Counted from the first letter of the stretch, positions 1-12,680 are shown. The stretch: DNA of 64,000 nt from Lama glama (GCA_028534125.1 CM052817.1:103914001-103978000); one strand, 5' to 3'. Program-made: numbers and translations. Notes: a model not told the origin generated them from the letters alone.

Positions 1-510
1 AAGAACAGAGCAACCTGGGGGTTAGCTTTGAGAGGTCACCTGCCACACCTGCAGGCAGAGGTGGGAAGAGAGTGGACTTCCTACTGACAACACTTGCAGA
101 CTTTCTCCGAGGTTCAAATGTAACCTTAATACAAGTATAAGCAACTCTTACTGTGAAAGAAAATGATCTTGCAGTAAGTTGGTTGCAGTTTCCAAGATGT
201 ATTATTTTAAAATATGAATGTTTGCTTTAAAAGGAAAGAAAAAATAATTTTTCCTATAACCCCTGCTACATATTACAAAATAAATGGAGTAAGGAAACTG
301 ATTTGCATGAAAAAATGATGGTAAGGGGCCTCTGGGACCTTTGAAGCTGCTAGTTTATTTTACAATGGGCATTGTATATTCCGTCTGTAGCCCGGAAAAC
401 AAAATCCTTTCTGGTTAATATTTCTGTTCTCTTTGCCTTGAATTAATACCAGTATTACCTCTGTGCTTTAACACCACTCCCTGCTGTTTACTGAACATCC
501 CTACCTGATA

Positions 511-557
511 CCTTCAAGAACACTGGCAATTCTCCTTCAAGAACACTGGCAATTCTC
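511..557. repeat. Perfect 23-bp tandem duplication
   Basis: ccttcaagaacactggcaattct at 511-533 and 534-556, identical. Confidence 0.95.
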
Positions 558-929
558 AGAATAGTCAGTTTGGTGGTTTAGTCTCTCATCTGTCAAGAAG
601 ACAGCACTTGCTTTCTCTTGGTGGTCTGGGTAGCAAATCCTCCCTTTTCCAGCTGTGAACCTTCTGCCTCAGCGTTTTGTATTCATGAGGTTGATACTAA
701 TGCTGTCTCTCAGTACAGCAAATGCAAGTTCATTAACTCCCATTGAACAAGTAACTCTGTTCTTTCCTCAACTACTTGTTTTTAAGTAGAAAAAGGAAGA
801 GGTTGCTGTTGAAAATATTATATAGTATAGTAAGCCTACCAGATTGGTGATTGGAAGAGAGAATGTATACATGTGCATATGTATATATGCATAATTTTAT
901 AATACAAGATTTACATTGCATCTTATCTT

Positions 930-1160
930 TCTTATGTAAAATCTGAAGCACATACAATGTCAGAGAGGACAATAGAATGAACACCCACATTTCTACTGCC
1001 CAGCCTCAACGATGATCAACTCGTAGCCAGTCTTTTTTGGTCTTCCTTCCACATTCCTCCCATCCCCCCAGATTATACTGAAGCAAATCCCAGACATTTC
1101 ATTTTGCTTGTATATTTCAGTATATATTTTTAAGACACAAGGACTCTCCCATAAAAATTG
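930..1160 (-). mobile_element. Old L1 3' end fragment (L1MC4/5-like)
   Basis: gattatactgaagcaaatcccagacatttc...tatttcagtatatatttttaagacacaaggactct resembles the remembered L1MC 3' UTR in antisense; edges approximate. Confidence 0.65.
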
Positions 1161-2202
1161 GCACCGTTGGAAGCATAGTTAATAGAGACAGCTCCTAACC
1201 AACTAATTATATTGAAGTGTTTCCTCTTTCCAAGTCAATTTGCAGAACCTCTCACTCAAAACTACAATCTGATGATGCTGAGTTGGCATCCAGACTGTAT
1301 CACAGATGCCCAGTTAATCAAGACGCAGTTCAAGTGTGGCACAAATTGCACTGAGTTCTAGGTGCTGAAATCAAGGCTTTTCTTTCCTGTGCTCAAGGCC
1401 AGTCCTAAAGTCTAAAGCTCATCTTTTCTGCATCTGGGAAGCCAGCTCTGGTCTGCAGATCACCCGCCCCACCCGCTCTGCTGCCCCCACTCCAGGGCTC
1501 CCAGTCTCTTCGACCCTCCACATTGCTGCCTGCTGGCACCGCCTCACTTACTCCCAACCCCAGAGCGATGTCTGCTTCTCTCAGAGTCCCATTTCCAGAG
1601 TGAACTTTGCTAGAAAGGCAACCCGCATTCACATACACTAAGATGCATGAATTAGAAATAATAATTTTTCTAAATGCATCCTCTTCCTTGTTATTTTTGA
1701 TCACAGTCTTTGACAAGTAAGACAGGAATATCAGAGATCGAAGCTGGCACAGCAGACATCTGTGTGTCTGGGTCACAACGTGTGCACTCCAGGCTTCCTG
1801 AAAGTGGCAAATAGAGAAGGCACAGCAGAGGCACGTTCTGGCCCATTATTCTGTCTTCTCTTCCTGTTTGCACACCTGGAGTTTTTCTTTGTCATAGCTC
1901 AGTAGGAATAACCAGAATAAGAGAAAGAATAAGTTGGAAGGAGAAGAATAAAAGGTAGAAAAGCAAGACAGAGGTGAGGGAAATCCAGGAAGGAGATGGG
2001 CGCTCTATGGGACGTTGAATTATGTGGGGTCCTGGTAGATTTCTCACAAACGAAAATGCATTCATTAAATGATTTTTTTTCATGATCAGAACACGAGAGT
2101 TTATTTTATTTCCTTCTCTGCTATTGTATATGTTTGAAATGTTTCATAATACAGATAAAGATAAGCTAGCATATAAATATAATGTAAAAGAGGTCATGTT
2201 GT

Positions 2203-2307
2203 GGGGAGGGATAGCTCAGTGGTGCTTAGCATGCAGAGGTCCTGGGTTCAATCCCCAGTACTTCCACTTAAAAAAAAGAAAAATGAATTCTCAAAAAAAA
2301 GAAAAAA
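2203..2307 (+). mobile_element. tRNA-derived camelid SINE (Vic-1-like)
   Basis: ggggagggatagctcagtgg (A box), ggttcaatcccc (B box), A-rich tail; 16-bp TSD aaaagaggt(c/g)atgttg at 2186-2201 and 2308-2323. Lacks about 10 bp after the A box relative to the other copies. Confidence 0.92.
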
Positions 2308-3589
2308 AAAAGAGGTGATGTTGCGATTGAGAAGAGTGAATGAGGTATTGAGATTTTCTCCTTACCAGTGTGCATAAGATTTATCCTGAAAATTATAAAT
2401 TATAGATGGATGCAAATAGGTAGATATATGCGTGCACGCATTCTCATAACTCTAGATGTGTGTGTGACCAAAAGAGAAGGAACATGGGGTCAATAGGAGT
2501 GGTCTTTCAAATCTTTACAAAGTGATCAATTAAGGCCCATGATTTTTAAGAGAACTTGGAAGAGCACTCCTCTGGAATTATAATGGCCTGGTAATAATAC
2601 CTAAAAATTACATGCATATATGCATGTCAAACAGAAAAGACTGAACAAAAGAGATGGAAGCACTAAAATCCAGGTGTACAAGCAAGGAGTCCAGGATCAC
2701 AGAGGCGTGCGTTTTCCCTCTTTCTCTTCCACATCTTGTGTTTTAAAAAGTTGTGTGGTGAAGCCTTTGAAAGAAGGCTTTAACTCACCCCATTTTCCTT
2801 TTCTCTTTCACAGGCCCTTAATTATTCACCATTGTAATTAAATCTTGTGTTTATACTATTTTTTAATTTTACTTATTTTGAATGGCTTACTATTTACTTT
2901 TCTGTTACTTTGCCATCAGTAAAATCTCTAAGATTATAACAAAAGATGAAGTGATTCACTTGGAAACATATATTAAATAAAAAGGGATAAAAGAAATATT
3001 AACTAGTGTTATATAAAAAACCAAAAATTATTTGAAAAATGTTTCATCAGAGAAGTGTCAGTGATTAAATATCTCAGGCTTTCAAGCAGCCTGATTGTCG
3101 ACTGACAAAAAATGCAAAGTTTGATTCAGGAATGTATGTACTTCTGTGTGTCTGCAGGTAACATGCGAACTTGCTTTTATCATCATCGTTTTATTTGGGC
3201 TACTTCTAGTAAAAATGTGAGTTACGTTTTTCAGCAAATGTAGGTATAGTTTGAATGCTGGGGAACTGCTTTATTTCTCAAGTTGAGGGAAAACCCTGAG
3301 TGCCATTGAATAAGCCTTAAGGCAAGAGCTCTATTGCCAGGTAGGATGGCGGGGTTTTGGCTCCTGGAATCCTACTCTGTATCAGTTAGGGTTGCATCTT
3401 TGGAGACCCTCTTAATGCTTCCATGTGAGAAACCAACCATGTGTATGTTTTTCACCCGCATTTTTGTAGTAGTTTTTACTGTATCTTCACATTTGAACAG
3501 TCTGTTCCGTGTATTTGTAAGGGAAGCTATCAGCTTCATTTTCTAACTGACAGATTTTATGATTCTGAATTTCACAACTTGCACCGTCT

Positions 3590-3780
3590 GAAGCCCCCTG
3601 GGCTTTCGCTGTGGGACGGGGTAGTGGTTGGGCCCTAGTTTGCGCTGCCCGGCCTAGAGCAAGAGGAGGCGTGGTGGTGGGCGTGGTGGTGGGCGTGGTG
3701 GGGGCGGCGCTTGGTGGAGGTCGCAGGACAAGCACCCCCCCCCCCCCCCCGCCTCCTTGTGGAGCGGGCTTGTTCCTACG
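3590..3780. promoter_or_regulatory. CpG/GC-rich patch with tandem Sp/KLF-type GC boxes and G-quadruplex-capable tracts
   Basis: 12-bp unit ggcgtggtggtg x3 (3668-3703, third copy imperfect), ggggcgg, C16 run at 3735-3750, and retained CpGs in an otherwise CpG-poor window. Function is inferred. Confidence 0.4.
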
Positions 3781-3786
3781 CTGGGG

Positions 3787-4156
3787 ATGAGACAACCACC
3801 CAGTCAGCTGTTCTGGAAAGACTCTGTGGACTCTGAGCAGACACACCACTGCTGTGAAGTTCAAGTGACAAGAAAGATGTGCAGGTGAAAAGGCCCTTTC
3901 TTCTCACACCTCCCACTGAGCCAGCCAGCCAGGTGGTTTCAGAAGCAGAAGGAGACCGCCCCTGGCTTGGGCTTGGCATTTTCACCAGGAGGCTTTCTCT
4001 GTGTTCACCCCAGTGGAGGTGCTGGAGCAAAAGAGGAGAACAGAGCAGGTGCTGTCACTGCAGCTGGCAGACTGCTGTGTGAGCGGACGGTCCTATCAGA
4101 ATCCCAAGGAACACCGGGGACCCTCGGAGGAGGCGGTGGAGATGTTATGTGAATAG
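3787..4156 (+). pseudogene. Possible highly degraded, intronless MBD2/MBD3-like (C-terminal region) pseudogene
   Basis: MRQPPSQLFW-(frameshift)-RLCGL*A (3787-3839) vs recalled MBD2 MNEQPRQLFWEKRLQGLSA; HTS...P..W at the MBD2 spacing (from 3905); AFSVFTPVEVLEQKRRTEQV...LAD (3992-4072) vs AFIVTDEDIRKQEERVQQV...MAD. Needs frameshifts, stops and a deletion; aligned by eye. Confidence 0.38.
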
Positions 4157-4200
4157 AGGAGGGCTCGGAGACTGGAATTTGGACATTGATATAAATATGA

Positions 4201-4280
4201 CTTCTTTTCCTTCTTCTCTCCCCACCTCCCTGCCTCTCTGCCTCCCTCCCTCACTCCCTCCCTTCCTTCCTTCCCTCTCT
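4201..4280. repeat. CT-rich polypyrimidine simple repeat
   Basis: Runs of ctcc and cttc units. Confidence 0.85.
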
Positions 4281-5589
4281 CAAGTGGCTAAAACCAGGAG
4301 CAGATTTACTACTATTCTTATATTTTAATTGAAATATACACTATGTTCACACTTTTGGCAGGAGAAGCTTATAACTCTGAAAAGATTTGGCAGTCACAAT
4401 TTCCATAGGTAAAAGATCACCATGGAGGTCAAGAACAGTTTACTTTTGACAAAGCACATTTGATACTGATAAGGATATTATTTGTTTCCGGCAGTTTTTA
4501 AGCTTCTTCCAGGAATCCAGTGACAAAGTTCTGTGGAAAGCCTCCTTCCTTCCTTACTGGAGGTAAAGATGCAGAATGTTGAGGGAATCAGGAAAGGATG
4601 TTCAAGTTCTAAACATATGATGCATGACATGTGCTTAGGTTGCTAAGGTGTTTGAAATACTTAGTAATCCAGCCAGGAAAAAACAAAAATCTTAATTGGA
4701 AGTTTGTTCTGTGTGAGGGATGCTGAAACTAGGGATCTTTTGTGATTTCCTGTGCTCCTCCTGAGGGTTACCATGTGAATGACGTAAATTAACATTTAAT
4801 TTAAAAAATAGCTATTTGGTTTGTCTAACTACATGGCCCATGAGCTGACACACTGACTCAGCTATACTCTGGCTCTTTGTTCCTCACTTGCCATATTATG
4901 GTTAGTATTTGGCTGCTTTAAGAAATGAGTAAAGGCTGATACTGAAATAATTTTTTCACACCTGACTGGGTAAAAACACTCTTTTCTTTAATCATTGTAA
5001 AGTTTTAAAATACCTCCTTGCATTTGACATATAGTTGTGGAACGCATACATCTAAATATTACTCTGGAGTTTTATGCATAAATACCTGAGGGTTGTTACC
5101 ATTTCGTTATCTTTCAGAACACGTCTGATTTGTGGGGTCATTTTTCCTTATTTAAATATGAGAAAATATGCCTTGTGAGTTATTGTAAATTTGTTTCCCC
5201 CAAATTCCTCTATCAGATTAGAATCCTGGTGTTAAAGATTGGTTTCCTTTGTTGCTGTTTTTGCTGTTTTTTTTTTTTTTGCCTCTACTGACACTGCTTT
5301 AGCATAACGGTTCTCAATTCTCCCTCAGTTACTGATGTGACATTCGAAGTGGCCCCTGCTTCCAGTGTCACCGTCTCCAGCCCATCTTGGACCCTGAACG
5401 CACGGGTTTTGGAGCTTGTCACTCTTTGACTTAACAGCCTTTCAAAATGAGGTTCAAATTTCCCAACTTGGCCCTGCTCTTTTCACCCACCGCCTTTAGC
5501 CCAAACATTGCCCACCTTCCTCACTCTTGCCCCCATCTTCCCTCCTGCTGTTACAGAAATACTTGAGATCCCCTCTTTAATTCTGTGAT

Positions 5590-5885
5590 GCCTCATTCTG
5601 TCTCTGCGTGCACAGACTCTGCCCTCCAGTGTCGCTCCGTTCTTGCGGACTTTAAGAGTCACATCTAGAAAGGAGTTTGTTGACTGTCACTGAGCTCTGC
5701 CTCTGTTTTCTCAGACGACCCTGCATGGACCCAACAGAGGATTTATAACTCTGGTTGCTTGTACCTCTCCTCATGAGATCACTCGAGGTTAAGGCTGTAT
5801 TTCTTATTACTTTTGTATTTCCAGTGCTAACATAGCATCCGGCACGTACTAGACACTCAAATATACTGTGGCCGGCTGAATACGA
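5590..5885 (+). mobile_element. L2 3' end
   Basis: tttgtatttccagtgctaacatagcatccggcacgtactagacactcaaata matches the L2 tail pattern. Confidence 0.7.
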
Positions 5886-5889
5886 GATG

Positions 5890-6180
5890 ATGATACTTCA
5901 TTAGTAACCTATGGTTGTGAAGGATTGTTCTAAGCCCTACACATGTTTTCACATTTACTCCCTCACCACAAACCTGTGCAGTAGATACTGTTATCCACCC
6001 TACTTAACTGATGCGGAAACTGAGACACAATGAAGTTAAATAAAATACCCAGGGTATCAGCAAGTCAGCAGAAAATCTGAGATTAAACTACAGGCAATCT
6101 ATTTCCCAGCTGTTTGGTATGTTTCTTCTTAAATTGGTTTTGTGAGTAAGTTTTCTTTAACTCCACAATCTGTGCTCTTA
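5890..6180 (-). mobile_element. MIR, interrupted by an insert of about 57 bp
   Basis: Core gatgcggaaactgagacacaatgaagttaaataa...cccagggt; MIR-like sequence resumes after 6163 (acaatctgtgctctta). Confidence 0.75.
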
Positions 6181-6977
6181 TATGTAGAAATAAGTGAACT
6201 TTGTGGTTTGGTTCAAAACTTGGAGTTACTTTAGAAAATTTGTAGTTACCTTATAGCCAGATCTAGTTTGTAGAAATAAAACTGTACAAACAGCACTTTG
6301 AATTTGTCAGACAGGTATTGCTCTGCTCTGTGTGTCCTCATATACTAGCTTCCTGTAGTCACTTTGCTGTGCTCGCGGTTTCTGTCCTACCAACCAATTC
6401 CTGGGCCCTTGTCAGTTCCCGGGCCCTTGCCAGTTTCTCCAGTATAGTTTCCTCTCCGGGAGCCACGATTTTCCTGTCAAATACCTGATAGAGTCACATG
6501 TTGTGTTATTTTTATTATTACCTTCATCTCTCCAGGTATCACATTAATCCCTGTTTTTAAAAAAATAGTGTCTTTGCTATAAGAACTTTCCTTTCTTCAA
6601 CATTTAAGTTCCTTTTGAATGTGATGGAGACCTGCTGGATGTCTGTGTAGGTCAGAAGAGGGTCTGGATGAAAAGATCAGGGCACTTTGCATCTCATTGT
6701 GCTGTGACTATAACCACGCCCAGGTTGTTTTCATGTTGTGTTTAACCCTGTTAAAGAACTTGCTATTTCCATCATGGTATCCGCAAAGGAAGTCTCTCAT
6801 CCTAGTGAAGCCAAGAATTAAAATATAGATGTATATAAAAAGAAGAGAGATCTGAGAAGTAAAAAATGTAGTTTAAAACTTAAAATAGTAGCAGCTTTAT
6901 TTTGCTGCCTGATGAGACAATATAATGGTTTGGGAATTTGGAATGAAAAGCATTGTGGGTTTTCTCACTATTAAGAC

Positions 6978-7135
6978 TAGCACAGGGAACTGTATTCCAT
7001 ATCTTGTAGTAACCTATGGTGGAAGAGACTATGAAAACGAATATATGTATGTTCATGTATGACTGAAGCATTGTGCTGTGCAACAGAAATTGACAGAACA
7101 TTGTAAACTGACTATACTTCAATAAAAAATATATT
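6978..7135 (+). mobile_element. Short L1 3' UTR end (cetartiodactyl/camelid type)
   Basis: tagcacagggaactgtattccatatcttgtagtaacctat...actatacttcaataaaaaa. Confidence 0.9.
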
Positions 7136-7655
7136 TAAGAGGTAGAAAAAGAAAAATTTTAAAGCACTTATAACTGAGAGTTTTAGAAAAGAAATAAAAA
7201 TGTAAAATGATGAACTGTGGCTTTACTCACTGTTCCATATAATGTGTTTTTAAATCCTAATGAAAAATGTTTTTATCTTTGCTTTTATTTTTCTCTTGCT
7301 ACTAGATAGCAGGGACTTTGTGTGTTGTTATCTTTTGCCATATTATAAATTTTTTATAAAGTGGAATGTTTCTATCACATTTTTATACATCCTAGGATGC
7401 CTATTTTAGTCAAGGTCTGATTTGTACATGTAATCTCTCAGCTATTTGGTACGTTTCTTCTTAAACTGATTTTGCAAGTAAGTTTTCCTTAACTCAAAAC
7501 TTTTTTTTATTAAAATTAAACTTAAAAATTTTTAATTTAAATTTTAAACCATCTGAAATTAATTTTTGTATATGAAGTCTCGAATTTAACATTTTTAAGT
7601 GTGTAGCTAGTTAAGCCAATAATTTATATGCAATCTATCATTTAAAAACCCCTGT

Positions 7656-7848
7656 AAACAAGATTATACTGTATAGCACAGGGAAATATATACAAGATCT
7701 TATGGTAGCTCACAGAGAAAAAAATGTGACAATGAATATATATATGTTCGTGTATAACTGAAAAATTGTGCTCTACGCTGGAATTTGACACAGCATTGTA
7801 AAATGATTATAAATTAATAAAAAATGTTAAACAAACAAACAAACAAAC
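7656..7848 (+). mobile_element. Young camelid L1 3' end nested in old L1
   Basis: gtatagcacagggaaatatatacaagatc...aataaaaaatgttaa then an (aaac)n tail; TSD aaaacc(c)ctgta at about 7645-7655 and 7849-7859. Confidence 0.9.
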
Positions 7849-10829
7849 AAAACCCTGTATTCAACTACAACTTTTGCCATAAACTTTTGTGTGTATATAT
7901 ATACATACACATATATAAACACATCCATATAATATGAATTTATTTCTATTTATTTCTTTGTCTATTCCTATGCTAGTAACATATCAGTATGATTATCCTG
8001 TAATATCTTATAAGGAAAATATCTTCCTTTTTATACATATAGATATATATTGTATATATTATATGTAACAAATATATTTGGTACTCTTCTTGGATATTCT
8101 TGAAAATTTATTTTTCCATATTAGCTCCAATATCATTTTATTTAATTACAATGTATTGATTTTTTTACTTTGAGTTGCTGTAAACTTATATATTAATTTT
8201 TTGAAAATTTATTTATTGTTATATGTCATCCAAAAAATCACAATACATCTTCATTTCATTGCATCTTTTTTTGAGTCCTTCAAAATGATTTTATATTGTC
8301 TTCTTATAGATCCTGTAACTTTCTTGTTAAATTTATTACTAAAGATTTTATACTTTTGTTGCTCTTGTAAATGTTTTTTCTCATTTTCTTTCTAATTATT
8401 TATGGCTAAATAGAGAATATTGGTTTTTTCAAGCTATTCATATATGAAGAAATTTATCAAATTATCGTATTAAGTATAACGATTTTTAAGCCTAGAATTT
8501 CTTGAGTTTTCAAAGTATAAAATTGTGTCATTCATTTTTTACACAAACTTTCATATATTCTTTTCCATTACTTACACAGGGATTACACAAGAAAATTTCA
8601 TTTTCTTGTCTAATTATTTACTACACTTCCGAGTTAATGATGAATGATACTGTGATTCCCTATGCAATCTCCAATTATAATTGCAATTGTTTTAATATTC
8701 CAATATTTGGGATCATATTAGCTGTTGATTTTTGTTAGATAGTTGTCATTCTGTGTCGGTTGTGTTCTGCTATTTCTGTGTCACTTAGGATTCCTTTCAG
8801 GGATATATGAAACGTATCAAATGCCTTTCCTACCTCTAATGATATGATTATATGATTTTCTTTCTCTGTTTATTGGTAAAATTGATTATGTTATCAGATT
8901 TCCTGAAGTATTTTTTGCATATGAGTGATTCAACTTAAGGAAATCTGATAACACAATAACTTGTAATAATTTATATTCTTCGCATAAACCCCTACGTGGG
9001 GCATGGGATATTAATCCCTTCATACAGGATTGGGTTCTAATTATTAATATTTCATTTAAAATTTTTCATTGAAATCATTTAAAATGCTTTTTTTGTGATC
9101 TTTATTAAGTTTTGGCATTAAAGTTTGCTGTCTTAAAATCAACTGAAGAATTTTCCATGTGCTCTCACGTTGTTGAATATTTTAAATAACTGAAAATATT
9201 TGTTCTTTAAAGACTAGAGATTAGGTTGAATTTGCTATGAGTTGATCTAATCCAGATTCTTTTATAATAGATTTTTCATTACTTTCCAGTCTTTTTATAG
9301 GTAATCCGTATGTTCCAAAATTTCTACTTCTTTTTAGATCCTGCTTGGAAATTTAAACTTTGCTATGAAATGTTTTATTTCCTGTTTAATTGAAAATTTA
9401 TTGCCATAGTTTCAATTATAATTTTTTTATTCATATAATGTCTTCAGTTGCTGATTATGTCTATTTTTTCATCCTTAATCCTGTATATCTTTGCTGTCCA
9501 ACCACTCCGTAATCAAAGGTTTTATATGTTTCATTGGTATGTTCATAGAAGTTTTTAATTTATTTATTTTCTCTAATTTTAATTAATTTCTGCTTTGATT
9601 TATGTTAATTTCCCTTTCCAACTTTTTTGGTAACTTTTATTAACACTATCTCTGTTTCTTGTAAGTTCTGTGTTTATGTGCTTTCATCTTTAATAATGAT
9701 AAAGGCACTAAAAGCAGTATGTTTTTCTACACATAGCTTTTGCTATGTTGCGTGTATTCTCAGATAGCGTTTCCTCATTTATATGCTTTCCATATAATTT
9801 ATATTCAGTTTTGCTTTCCTCTTTTATTCAGGGATTATTTTAGGAGTATGTCTATTAATTTGAAATTATTTAAGATTGTTTAACATTCTCTAATTTTATT
9901 AGAATATGGTCAGTATATCTAATCCCTAAGATTTTCATAAGGAAAAACCCCACAAACTTTCCTCGTGGCCAAGTATATGATTTATTTTTGTTAGTTACCC
10001 ATGAAAACACTAAAAAGCATAAGTTTTCTAATTGAAGAATGTAAGTTTCAATTTATAGCTATTGAATCAATTTTCTCAATGTTTAAAAGTAAATTCTTCT
10101 TTGTATGTATGATTTCCATTTACATTTTTTCCTGTTTTTAATATCAGTTGATCTTTTCATTTCTTTTTTTTTAATGCCTTTTATTTTGGTGATGGCTTTA
10201 TTGAAATATAATTCACATACCATACAGTTTCACAAATTTAGAGTGTATGACCCAATAGTTTTTAGTGTATTCAGAGAGTTAGTCAATCGGCACATGAAAA
10301 GATATCTCTTGTTTTGCATATTTTGCTAGTATGTTTTGGTATCTTCAGGTTTATGGGTGTCATGTCTCCTACAGTTACATAATATTCCCCTTTTTACCCG
10401 TGTGGCTATTTGAACCTTGAGTGCCACTGATCTGATAATATTACTGCCATCCTTACATTATTTTCTTTGCATTTATACCTGTTTTATTTTCCCAATTCTT
10501 TCATGTTAAGTCTTTGTTTATCACTTTGATTTTAGTGAGTCTTTTACAAATAGCCTGTAGCTGAGTTTTGGCTTATAACTCAATTTCTATCTTTTAAGCG
10601 GAGAGTCCAGTATATGAGTAATACATATGATTTTATTTTTTTCGTGGATAACAACTATTTTCCCTGAAAAGAAATTGCCCTTCCCTCAACTGTCTCCCTG
10701 CACCACCGCACACATCAGAAGCAAATATAGAACATTTTTCCTTCTCCTCTGCCTACTTCCTCTAGGCTGAGACATTTTACGTCATTTTCCTCCACCCACA
10801 ACTCCTCGTTTTGAAGTCACTGTAACAAA

Positions 10830-10920
10830 AGTTATGGGTTGTTGTGAGAATTAAATGAAAAATAAATGCTGAATACATTGCTTTTGATACGTAAGCAGTC
10901 AGTAAGTGTTGTTTGCTATA
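10830..10920 (+). mobile_element. MIR fragment
   Basis: gggttgttgtgagaattaaatga MIR core. Confidence 0.7.
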
Positions 10921-12574
10921 ATTTAAGACCATTCATTCTGGCATTTTCCACTTGGATTTATCTGTTAATAATCATGTTACAGGGCATTGGTTACCATGAT
11001 TGACTGTCCTCTTCACTTTCCCATCTTAGGTGCCTTGTGCTTGTCTGTTCTTCTTTCACTTGGAGGGTGGGGGTAAGACACTTGCAGATTCCTTGCACGG
11101 CCTCAGCAATCCTCCTTTAATGCTAACAGATGAATGGGAGTGATTCTTGGGTCACTGGCCTTGATTTTCAGTCTCATGTTTTTGCAATACCTTCCTGCTT
11201 CTGATGCTGCAGGTGAGAAATCAGATGAAAATCTGATCACTTTTTCCTTTGCAGATAACTTAGTCTTTGTGTCTGGGATAGTGGGATATTTTTTCTTTCT
11301 ATCCTTGGTGTTCAGACATTTTACCAGATTGTAGCATGATTTTTATCCCCTTGTATTTTTTCTCCATTACTAAAATATTCCTTTGATCTGATTTTTCAAG
11401 CCACTAAGGCAGGTTGTAACAGGATCTGTGCACTCTTTACATTTGTCTACTGAATCCTTTCCTCTGGAAATCTTAATTTTAAAAATTATTTTGTTAAGTA
11501 TTGCTTTCTCCAGTGAGACTTTTCTTTGTATTGTATTTGTATCTCCTTGGGTAATCTGATTATAATTTTTGTTGGAGTCATCTGCTGCCTTCTCCAGTAG
11601 TTCTCTATCACCAGCATGTGTTTGTTTGTTTTTAGTCTCTCTGTCTTGGTAATTAGGTCCCTTTAAATTTAAATATACTGTTAGGTTACTTTAAAATCAA
11701 TCATCTTTGTTGAGCATCCCACGGGGTAATTGCCTCCCCTGTATCAGATCCCCAATGTTCACCAGGTCCTCACCCTGGCACTCAGGCTGGTCTTCAGGCT
11801 GTCACTCAATCTGAAACTGAGAAAACCCAGATCTGTTCTTTATCTTGAGACTCTAATCAGCACCTCACACTTGACTGGCCTTTGGCTCAGGAGAGGCTGT
11901 GAGGCTGGAGCTGGGAATGGAGGAGCAGGAAGCCATGTCTGGAGGCCATCCCCGACCCCCAAACATTGAGCTCCCCACCATTTTTTAATAAATCTTATTC
12001 ACCTGATCATATTTTAAGGACATGACTATCATTTTACCTATGGGAACCTTTTATCACTCTGGGGTCACCAGTTCCAAGGGCCTGGATTTTTTTTTTAAGG
12101 ATCTGAATCCCTTAATCTTTACCGTGTCATGGTTAATTTATGCATTTTCAGTTTCCAGTCTTCTCTCTGCTTATGCCTGTAATGTTAATGTATAACTAGG
12201 ATGGCAAAGGGTGTAGATTTTATAAGTTTCATAAAGGAAACCCATATTAGGCCAGAAACCTGTATTTGCTTACTGGTGGCTCTCAGCTTGTGGGTGGAGA
12301 GTGGGGCTTGAGGAAAGCCTTACCCTTTCCTTTCAAAGCTGTGTAACTTCTGTGACTTCACTCTTTGAGAAGGAATTCATCTTGTCCACTCTATCTCATC
12401 AGTTTAGCAGGAATTACTTTTTTCTCCTGCTTCTAGTGTTCTCCTAGGCCTTTCCACTCACTGGAGATTTTGGGAAGTATCCTCTGGCAGACACTTCTAG
12501 AATTAATCCCTTAATGAGCAAATTCTAGCTCATTAGAAAAATTTCATGATTCCTACACAAACTAAGTAGAACAG

Positions 12575-12680
12575 AAACTCCATGAAGTTAGGAACATTAT
12601 TTTTGTCTCCATTTTTTTCCCCAGCATCTAAGTTGATGTCTGGCATAAAGTAGATGCCAATAAATATTTATTGTATATAA
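12575..12680 (+). mobile_element. L2 3' tail
   Basis: ctccatgaagttaggaac...cccagcatcta...tctggcataaagtagatgccaataaatattt. Confidence 0.65.

Larger units (their letters stand above)
7500..11700 (-). mobile_element. Old, highly diverged L1M/L1ME body with younger insertions
   Basis: T-rich antisense L1-like blocks such as tatcaaatgcctttcctacctctaatgatatgattatatgattttctttc and tgatgctgcaggtgagaaatcagatgaaaatctgat; includes an L1 3' fragment near 10180-10290. Boundaries approximate. Confidence 0.75.

Noticed and set aside
2203..2265. tRNA gene (also at 26495, 33610 and 48607)
   Set aside because: A and B boxes belong to SINEs with A-rich tails and, in three cases, TSDs; no full cloverleaf.
3487..3864. 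125-aa minus-strand Gly/Pro/Thr-rich ORF
   Set aside because: Low complexity comes from the C16 run and 12-bp repeats; non-ATG start and no recognisable domain.
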